Assembly (NCBI RefSeq): GCF_009914755.1 | Contig: NC_060939.1 | Length of the DNA: 64,000 nucleotides | Source of the DNA: the human T2T-CHM13v2.0 reference genome, Homo sapiens | Direction: 5' to 3' (one strand) | Shown: positions 52,971 through 64,000 of the stretch, piece by piece | Position numbering within the stretch: the stretch's first letter is position 1 | How the letters are laid out: every line of letters starts with the position of its first letter | Made by a program: the position numbers and the translations under genes | Notes under the pieces: generated by a model | The model's input: the letters and a program-made list of their open reading frames with translations, nothing else | Told to the model about the DNA's origin: nothing | Databases searched by the model: none

Positions 52971-54349
52971 AAAGTGTTTAATTTTAAGCAGCCACAATGG
53001 CACAGACTTCTGAGTAAAACCAACAAAATAGGCCAGTGATGGTACCTGGGGGTTACAAGCTTCCCCAATAGGAAGGAAATAAGATCTACTTAATTGATCA
53101 GCGTGACACAAGGAAACTCACTGCAAATGGTCTTAATGGGTCTGTTTAAGAGTATTTAAATACACTCATCTCTCTAAAGGAAGAATGTGTCTTCCTGAAT
53201 GAGGCCAGGCGAGAGGGAGTATCTTAGAATTCTGATCTGGAGATGTTTATTTTTATTTTTTTTGACATTTTTTCCCCAAATACGTCTGGTCTAACGGCAG
53301 AGCTCTCTCTAGTGGGAACGGGACACTTGGAAGGGCAGCCAACGGTTTCCTTTCAGTATTTCTAGACCCACTGATGGTCCCAGCCCCGGCCAAGGGCCAT
53401 CACACCTTGTGGTCGAGTGTTAACTCCTGCTTAGGATTCATGGTCCCTAGACCACCTTTTTGTTCCCATTCAAGGGTGTGGGATTTGCCCATGGCAGTCC
53501 TCTAATCGCACACACTTGAAAACGCCAGAGCCGTGAATTCTGCTAAATCAGTGGCATGTGCTCAAGACTGGGCAAATCCAGCTTGATAAGCATGTGATGA
53601 ATTATAAAATAAGGCACAACCAAACACAAGCTGCAGCAGAAGTCCACAAAGTTCCACAGGAGGGCAAGGAATTATCAGTGAATCCTTACCTCGTCATAGA
53701 AACTTCTTCCTCCAGACATCCACGTGGCTTGCTTTCTCACTTCCTCAAATCTTTGCTCAGATCCTATTTTTTTTAAGTGAAGCCTTCCTTGACAACCCTA
53801 ATTTAAAACTGTACACACTCATACCTGCTTCCTTCTCCCCGACTTAGTTATCTCCACAGCACTAATGGCTAACACACTATATAACTTATTTCCATCTGTC
53901 TCCATGTGGGCAATTTCTGTCTGGCTGCTCATCACTGCACCTCAGCAGCTATTAATAGATCACTCTACTGAGGGACTCATACGTGCTGGGTGTTGGGCAA
54001 ACAGTGAACAAAACCTTGTATGGTCCTTGCTGTCGGGGAGTTCATGATCCATCGTGGAGGGAGAGCTGAATTTCAACAGGGAGGCAGTGTGTGCAGGGGG
54101 AGGAGCAGCAGGAGCAATGGGCGGAGGCAGAAGCACAGAGGTGGGTGTCAAGTCAGGGAAAGGGATGGTGAAGAGATGCCTCAGGTAATGAGGGGAGGGA
54201 CGGAATAGGACTAGATGCTGAAGGGCTGGAGTACCAGGTGGAGAAGTTTATTTTGCAGGTAATGGGGACGGAGTATGAAAAATTGGAGGAAATGGAGTTA
54301 CCTGACTTGAATTTGTTTGGGAGAACCACTTCAGGGACATGCAAGGGAC

Positions 54350-55456
<1,107 letters not shown>

Positions 55457-57783
55457 CAGGAAGCAGGTGAACAGGCAAGGCCACCCTCTTCTGTTTGGAG
55501 GCAGGTCAGTGTTCACTTGCCTCAGTTTACCAAGGTTGTGATCAGCCTCTGCTCCTCCTTTCTCTTATTGGCCTCCCTCTGCTGTACTGTGATTCCCATC
55601 ATTGCAGTGTTTTTTTAACTTTTTTTTTGAAATAAATAAAAATACAAGAAGTTACAAATGAGGACCATGTACCTTCCGCTCAGCTTTTGCCACCATGAGG
55701 ATTTATTTCCCTTTAGACATCTCCCCTCTAAATTCCTACATTACTGACATCCTCCCAATACACATCTTTCTGAGGACTTACAACAAAAATATTTCATTCT
55801 TTGAAACACTGGGTTTAGAGAAATCTTCACCCAAATAACTTTGACACCTTAAATAATCCATCATACACAATGGAACCACAGTCCTCTTACCTGTGAAAGC
55901 CAAAGGCAGGACCCAGCAGTGGGTGAGGTGAGTGAGCACTCACCACTGCCACCCTCTGTCCCACTGGGTGCAGCCGGGACCCCTGGACAGCGTGCAGGCA
56001 GCAGCGACCGGGCTCAGGAAGGTGGATCACAGTTGGAGGTGCTGATGCAGAAAGGAGACCACAGTTGGAAGTGCCACAGAGTTGGAGGTGAGCGAGACAC
56101 TTCCCTTCCTCCAGTCTCCCCAGTGTGGAGTCAATGCAGCTCCTAACCCAGAGTGGGCACTAATTCCAGGAAAAGCCCAGCCAACTCGGGTACAGAAGCA
56201 GGAAAGGGGTCTCTACCGTTCTAAGAAAGTCTGGAAATCTCTAATTTATCCTTTTTTTTTTTCTTTTTCTTCTAAAATTTTTTCTTCTCTGTGCCCCAGA
56301 CCTCAAGAAATTTTGTGGCCCTAGTGAGAAATGGCAGATAATTAAAGTCATCAGGCCAGGCAAACTTCCTTTCCAACCAGAGAGTCTGAGGTCCCCAGAG
56401 GGTGGGGAAACCTTCATGCTTTTTCTCTCTGGCTTCTCGCTGCTTAGCTCTGACGTGGTTCAGTCAAGTGCACCAGAGAGTAGGGTAAATCAAGCCTCAA
56501 CCACCCAAGCTGGCTGGAGGGCTGAAAAGGTAGAGCCCAGGGACCCAGACACTACTGGGCAGGTTACAATGAGGAAGGGCTTCGGGAGAGCAACCCCTGA
56601 AAGTTGCTCATGAACTCTTGGGCTTACCCTTGAGCTCTACATGTATGGATCCGACCCTACACGGACCACACAGACTTTGAGTGCTGAAATGTGGGATAGA
56701 TTACCACCAGAGTCCCAGGCTGGCCACTAGGTGGCGCTTGTGCCAGACAGATCCACATCTCACAGACTCACAGCAACCACAATCCACACAAGTCTTGCAG
56801 GAACTTGGAATTTGTGGTCTGAACCCATTTGGGGTGATTATCTTCTAAAATAAAGTTAATAATGTTCACTGTAAGATTTTAACAATAACCAGAATCTCAA
56901 AACATAGTATTTAAAATGTCTAGGATACAATTCAGCATACTGAAACCATACTCAGCATACAAAAAGCCAACAGCTACTCTGAGATGAAACAGATACTGGA
57001 ATTATTTGACAAAGATTTTCAAGCAGTTGTTAAAAATATTGTACAAGTAAAGGAGGGTACTCTTAAAACATATAGAAAATTTTGCAAAGAAATGGAAGAT
57101 ATGAAGAAGAACTAAGTGGAAATATTAGAAATGAAAAAAATCAACTACAAAAATAGAAAACACACTGGCTGGGCTCACTACTGGGATGAAGATGATGGAG
57201 GAAGTAGTCAGTCAGTTCATAAATAAATTAATAGAAATGACTGAATCTGAATAACAGACAAAGCTTGAAAACCTTGAACAGAACCATAGAGACCTTAGGT
57301 AATAACAAAAGGGCCGAGCTTCCTATCATCTGAGTCCCAGAAGGAAAGAAAAAAAGGGCAGAACATAGAAACATGGAAAGAAATAGCTGAAAGTCTGGTT
57401 TACCACTAGAAGGCAATCAGTTTAATCTAGTATAGCAACAGTTTAAAGCAAAAAACCCACTTGATCTTCATTTTAAAAATTCAGTATCTATTTATTATAA
57501 AACGCTCAGCAAACTTGGAATAGAAAGAAATTTTCTTCACCTGATAAAGACCATCTACTAAAACCTATAGCCAACATTCTACTTAATGGTGAAATACTGC
57601 TTGTTCTCAGAGATTAAGAACAACACAAGGATCTTCTTTTTTAACACCACTATTTAACCTTTTGAATAGTCTTCGTCAGTGAAATAAGACAAGAAAACCA
57701 GAAAGGCCTAGAGACTGGAAAGGAAGAAATAAAACTGTCCTTACTCACAGATAACATGATCACCTATGTAGAAAATCCCAAGG

Positions 57784-57784
<1 letters not shown>

Positions 57785-57831
<47 letters not shown>
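57785..57831. repeat. (AC)23 microsatellite
   Basis: Perfect dinucleotide run. Confidence 0.97.
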
Positions 57832-57832
<1 letters not shown>

Positions 57833-59180
57833 CCCTCCTAGAACAAACTGAGTTTAGCTTTAGCAAGATTGCAGGATGCAAGATCAACACACAAAAATCA
57901 GTTATATTTCTGTATATTGCCAATGAACAAGTAGAAACTGAAATAAAAAATACCATGTACAATAGTTTACAACCCCGCCCCCCAATACACATAGAACAAA
58001 ACATGTATAGGATCTACATGCCAAAAACCATAAAATGTTGACGAAAGAACTTAATGGAGGCCCAAGCAAATGGAAATTATGGCACTCCTTCATGGACTGA
58101 AAGACATAACATAGGATTGAGTTGTAGATTTACTAAAATTGTAGACAAAATCTCAGCAAAACAGTTTAGAGTAGATAGAGGTAAGCAGATCCTAAAGTTC
58201 ACATAGAAAGGCAAAAAAAAAAAAAAAAAGAATAGCTGAAACACTCCTGAAAAAGAAGAATAAATTTAGAAAAATCACACTATCTGATTTTAAGACTCAT
58301 TACAAAGCTACAGAAATCAATATGGCACAATGTTGATAAAAGAACAGACATAATGATCAATGGAACAGAACCACTGTCCAGAAATATATTCCTTACAAAT
58401 ACCCTCAGTTGGCTTTTCGTCAAATTGCAAAGGCAATTCAATTTCAATGAAAGAAGGAGGATATTTTCTATAAATGATGTTGAAACAATTGGATATCCGT
58501 ATGCATAAAACTGAATCTGGACCTAAATCTCACATATTATACAAAAATCATCTCAAATGGATCATAGATCTAAATGTAAAACATGAAAGTATAAAACTTT
58601 TAAAAGACCAACTACAAGAAAATCTTCATGACCTGGAGTTATGCAAAATTTCTCAGATATGTCACTCAAAGCATGATCCTCAGAAAAAAGTCAGTTGGAA
58701 CGCATCAGAATTTAAAACTGTGCCCTGTAAAAGGCCCTGTTAAGAGACTGAAAAGTCAAGCACAGATTGGGAGAAGATATTCACAAATCACAAATCTGAA
58801 CAAAAGATTTATATTCAGAATATGTAAAGAACTCTTAAAACTCAATCAAACAACTCAATTTAGACATAGGCAAAAAGCCTGAACAGACATTTCACGAAAG
58901 AGAATAAAAAGATGGAAAATAAACAGCATGAAAATTTTCAACGTCATTAATTATTAGGAAAATGAAAATTAAAACCATGAAGAAATACCATCACACAGCT
59001 ATCAAATGGTTAAAATGAAAAAACAAAAAAGGAAGAAATACCAAGTGTTGACAAGGATGTGGGGCAGCTGGAGCTCTCAGGCACTGCTGGTAGGAATGCA
59101 AAGTGGTACAGAACTCTGGAAAACAGGTTGGCAGTTTCTTACAAGGTTAACATGTATTTAGCCTAGAAAAATTAAAACTA

Positions 59181-59489
59181 GGCCAGGCACAGTGGCTCAC
59201 ACCTATAATCCCAGCCCTTTGGGAGGCTGAGGCGGGCAGATCACGAGGTCAGGAGCTCAAGACCAGCCTGGCCAATATGTTGAAATCCCGTCTCTACTAA
59301 AAATACAAAAATTAGCTGGGCATGGTGATGCGCGGCTGTAATCACAGCTACTCAGGAGGCTGAGGCAGGAAAATTGCTTGAACTGGGACCCAGGAGGCGG
59401 AGGTTGCAATGAGCCGAGATAGCGCCACTGCACTCCAGCCTGGGCTAGAGTGAGACTCTGTGTCACCAAAAAAAAAAAAGAAAAAACAA
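59181..59489 (+). mobile_element. AluS SINE
   Basis: TSD agaaaaattaaaacta at 59165-59180 and 59490-59505. Confidence 0.95.
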
Positions 59490-61266
59490 AGAAAAATTAA
59501 AACTATATTCACAAAATCCTGTTCTTAAATGTTTCTAGAAGCTCTAGTTGTAACTGCCAAAAATGGAAAACAACTGAAATGCCCCTGGACAGATGAGTGG
59601 AGAAATTCTGGAGTACCTGCAGAATGGAATACTACTCAGCAACAAAAAGGAACCGGCTACTGACACATGACTTGATGAGTCTCAAAATGATCTCCCTGCA
59701 TGAAAAGGAGCCAGTTTCAGAAGATTAGGCTCTGTAGGACATTTATCTGACATTCTTGCAAAGAGACAAAACTAGTGATAGAAAACAGAGCACTGACTGC
59801 CAGTGGTTGGGGTAGGGGAGGGTCTGATTATAAAAGACATCAGGACAGAGAATCTGGAGGGGATGAAGTGCTTCTGTGTCCTGAATGTGGTAGTAATAAC
59901 ACAAATCCATACATGTGTTAAAGTTCATAGAACTAGACACAAAAAACTCAATTTTTCTGTATCTTAATGTGAAAAATATAAGTAAAAAAAATAAAGAAAA
60001 GAGATGACAACTCTTGCTTCCTATAAGGCTGTCTAGACATTAATACTGATGTTAGTACTAATTACAATAATGGCCACCACAAGCATGGTCTTCTATACTT
60101 TTTTGAGCATCTGCTACATGCTGCTTCTTTACCACACATTTTATATCACAACTTCTAATATTCACAGTCACCTTGTAAGGTGGGTTAAGCTCAACATAGA
60201 AGAAATCTCAGGGTAAGGGAAGTAAAATAATTTGTCCTATATCTCATAGTTGATAAGTGGCTGAATCTGAACTCAAACTCGGATTTCACTGCCGACCTTA
60301 TTCCAAGCCTGCTTCTCCACTCTGCTGCCCACTTAATGAAAATAATGGAAACTGACAGGGAGACATTATATAATATAAATAGCAGGAAGGGAGAATCATA
60401 TTTTGATTTCCATAGATTGCAAAAACTCTCAGCATATTTTATTCTAAACTTGGAGTTGGTTTGAAATTCTAATAGGTTGGGGAAAATTTAAAAACTATGC
60501 TTTTGCCATTGCCATTTTTTGATAATCCTCCAGTAGGTGGTTCTTAATTTTCAATATGATTGAATAGTTCTCTCCACTTCTGCAAATGTACAATAATTCT
60601 TATTTTCCCTAAGTGACTTAAAGAATCATTGTGACTTACAATTCTTGACCAAGTATTTACTAACTCCACAAATTGCAGTTTATACATTTGAAGTAAAGAG
60701 TAAACATTACAAAGTTCTCTCCTCTCACACAGCTGACTGTCCTGAGAAGTTGTAACTGGTCCCTCCCACCTTTACATACCACTGCCGCCATCAGAAAAAA
60801 AAAAGAAAGGTAAATCCATTTTAGAGACATAGAAACTACACTTTCATTTTAGTTCACTATGGTTATGGCTGAATACATATCTGAAAACATCATACATACG
60901 GAGGATGCAATTTCTCATGCAGCAAATGGTATCTACGTGAAAAGCTGGAGGATGAAGGCTGTCTTCTTGCTTGTGAATTACTCCCAGTGGCTTTCCTGGA
61001 TAGTAGGTGCTTTTTCCACCAAAAACCCTGGCCTAGAGTATTTTCGTCTCCGCTAACACAGAGATATGAAACTAAGGCCTACCACAAAAGTATTTTCTTG
61101 AATGTTTTATAATTTCTGCTCCATTGAACATATTTTCTTAAATATAATAATTAGTGATAAAATTTTGACTTAATATCGGTAAGATGTAACACAAAGCAAA
61201 GCCCACTTAGTGCTCAAGTACCACTGTCATCAGGTATTGGAAATCTTCTTATTTGGAAGGTGGTTA

Positions 61267-61488
<222 letters not shown>

Positions 61489-61694
61489 TTACCACGTGAT
61501 GGAAATGGAGCTGCAAGTGACAACTACATGCAGAGACCTGAGCGAGAGAACCCTCGAGGGTGGAGCCATTTCCACCTGCTGTCATATTTTTTAGAATTGG
61601 TTTGGTCCAACTGCCTGATTCTTCATGCAAGACATTATATTATAGAATGCTAACTAAAATTTCATCCCTGTGTACATGCCATGTGAGAGAAGGG

Positions 61695-61937
61695 GTATTA
61701 TGAGCCAAATGTTTGTGTTCCCTCCCAAAATTCATATGTTGATATCTAATCTCCAAGGTGATGGAGAAAGACAGTGCCATCTATGAAGCAGGAAATGGGC
61801 CCTTACTAGACACCAAATCTGCTGGTTCCCTGATCTTAGACTTCCCAGCCTTTAGTACTGTGTGGAATACATTTCTGTTGTTCATAAGCCTCCCAAGCTA
61901 TTGTATTTTGACATAGCAGCCCAGATAGACTAAGGCA
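61695..61937 (+). mobile_element. MLT1A-like LTR, internally deleted
   Basis: aatgtttgtgttccctcccaaaattcatatgttga ... gacaccaaatctgctgg...ttagacttcccagcct. Confidence 0.7.
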
Positions 61938-62539
61938 AGGGGTCATCACTATCTCCAGCACTCCTGAACTTACATTTTATTAATTCCAATAACTGATGAG
62001 GAAAAAAGACTATTTTAAAATTTCAAACACCTAAGTATACCTAGAAAAATTCAGTTGGAGTTGCTAGATTTCTAATCCTCTTCCGAATTGTATAGACTTG
62101 TAATACTTCCACAATGTGATGAATGTTACCCACTCTATTCCAATTATGCCTTTATCAGTGTGCCATCCTACCCCCTCAGCTCTCACCCCTTACTTGGCTA
62201 TTAGGAAAGACTAATAGCCAAGGTTAATCCACAGTTGACGGAAATACCACACTTGCTGAAGATGGCTACTGAACTATCTACCATCCCTCTAAGAGCTGCC
62301 ATCAATCCAACAACATTCTTAAGAATGTCAGATTTCCCAGGCAGCATGATCCCAGCCAGAGAAATAGAATGGATGTACAGCAGCTTGACCCAGGCTGACT
62401 GTAGCAGCTGACTGCTGGGGAAAAGCAACTGTGACATTACAAGTGAGAGTAACTTACACTAGTGAATGGTGCTGGGGCCCCAGTGGGTGCTCAATCTTTG
62501 CCGGTGGAGTGCAAATGCATCCTTGTGTTTGTGTAGATA

Positions 62540-62758
62540 AGAGGTCTGCAAGTTATAGACCATGGGCCACATGTGGTCTGCCACCCATTTTTGTAAATGA
62601 AGTTTTATGGGAACACAGCCATACCCACTCATTTGCATAGCGTCTGTGGCTGCTTTTGCACCTGGCTGAGTTGAGTAGTTAAAACAGAGACCCTTAAGGT
62701 CCACAAAATTGAAAAGATGTACTTCCTGGAACTTTATGGAAAAAGCTTGCAGACCCCA
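62540..62758 (+). mobile_element. MER58A-like hAT MITE
   Basis: tttttgtaaatgaagttttatgggaacacagccat core with TIR-like ends. Confidence 0.75.
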
Positions 62759-63194
62759 TTACAGGCAATAGAAAATTTTATGCTAGGAAGTATGTAATTA
62801 ATTTTACATATTGTGGGGTGAGTTTGAATCCCATGCTATTGATGACTGTCCTCTGTTCTTTCTTTCACAGTAACCCACTGGGATGGGTGCTGCTTGGTGG
62901 AGTAGGTCCTGTGTCAGTGGCCCATGCTTTAGAGCCAGGCACATAGCCTGATTTGACCCTGGCCCTGCCCCTGTCCAGCTGTGACATGGGCTTCACCTCT
63001 CTGAGCCCTCCTGATTTTCTGTAGGAATGCAGGAAATGAGCTCACCTAACGTGCAAGACCCTGAGGACTGAGGGTCTCAGGCAGGGAGGTCTGTACCCTC
63101 AGAGACATTCACTGTGACCACCCCGTCTTGCACACAGCTCCTATTGGGTACAATTTTTAGTTGATGCGGCCAGAAAAGAAGAAAATTATTTGAC

Positions 63195-63289
63195 CTGATG
63201 TATATGGTACCAATTAGGAAATTGATTTCTTCCTTCTCTCCATGCACTGGGGCCTCGGCCGGGAGAGTCTCTTCTTTCGTCACTGCCAC
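63195..63289 (-). other. OTUD7A: OTUD7A 5'-UTR exon (95 nt)
   Basis: Acceptor tgttctctgatctgtcccccag|GTG at 63290 and donor CAG|gtcaaa at 63194, in non-repeat sequence about 1.7 kb upstream of the coding exon. Size fits my recollection of the c.-99 to c.-5 exon. Confidence 0.8.
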
Positions 63290-63555
63290 CTGGGGGACAG
63301 ATCAGAGAACAAGAGCATGTGATCTCCTTACTCTCAGACTGAGGCCGAAGGCTTGGCTTTTTGTCACAGGAGGCTGGATCTTGGCCTTGGCCAATTGCCT
63401 GAGGCATGTACTCTGTCTTCCTGGGCCCTACAGGTCCCCGCTTACCAGCTGACCAGCAACTCCCATGCCCGGGCCTGGCCAGGGGCTGTCTCAGCTTTCC
63501 TCGTTTTAGCAAGCACATCTATTTCAGTGAGGATTACTTGCACAGCACAGAGCTG

Positions 63556-63871
63556 TTTTTTCCTTTTCCTTTTTCTTTTTTTTTTTGAGACAGAGTCTTG
63601 CTCTGTCGCCCAGGCTGGAGTGCAGTGGCGCGATCTCGGCTCACTGGAAGCTCCGCCTCCCGGGTTCATGCCATCCTCCTTGCCTCAGCCTCCTGAGTAG
63701 CTGGGAGTACAGGCGCCCACCACCATGCCCAGCTAATTTTTTTTTTGTATTTTTAGTAGAGACAGGGTTTCACCATGTTAGCTAGGATGGTCTCGATCTC
63801 CTGACCTTGTGATCCGCTCACCTCAGCCTCCCAGAGTGCTGGGATTGCAGGCGTGAGCCACCACACCCAGC
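63556..63871 (-). mobile_element. AluY SINE
   Basis: aagctccgcctcccgggttcatgccat and aggatggtctcgatctcc diagnostics. Confidence 0.92.
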
Positions 63872-64000
63872 TTTCCAGATGTATTTCTTAAACCTCACAC
63901 TGCCACCATCACCACACCCTCACATTCATGTCCCATGATGATATGGGAGGGACTGGGCTGGTGGGGACATTTGACCCCAGCTACCTGGGCCATCCTCACC

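Larger units (their letters stand above)
56270..59995 (+). mobile_element. Old L1M (MC/MD-like) with internal deletions
   Basis: Decayed ORF1-like (56960-57390), ORF2-like (57410-59150) and 3'UTR sequence. Confidence 0.7.

Overview
Primate (human or great-ape; AluY present) genomic DNA from the 5' part of OTUD7A (Cezanne2), transcribed on the minus strand. Only two exons are in the window: a 95-nt 5'-UTR exon (63195-63289) and the 155-nt first coding exon (61308-61462). Everything to the left (1-61307) is one long, repeat-filled intron. It holds four near-full-length primate LINE-1s between 4.4 and 39.5 kb, older L1M scaffolds with nested insertions, a full-length Tigger1, several LTRs, MERs and Alus. 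The best-supported unusual signals are: (1) two directly oriented L1s of different subfamilies, 9325 bp apart, share a roughly 467-bp identical tract and the same inactivating mutations, indicating interlocus gene conversion; (2) the younger of them carries a 3' transduction of a Tigger1 fragment, has intact ORF1 and ORF0, and has a 17-nt triplication inside its ZNF93-target segment; (3) a candidate recursive splice site with an RS-exon at 55782-55936; (4) a uORF-rich start region. No prokaryotic-type system is present. Repeat subfamily names come from recalled consensus sequences and by-eye comparison, not a RepeatMasker run.
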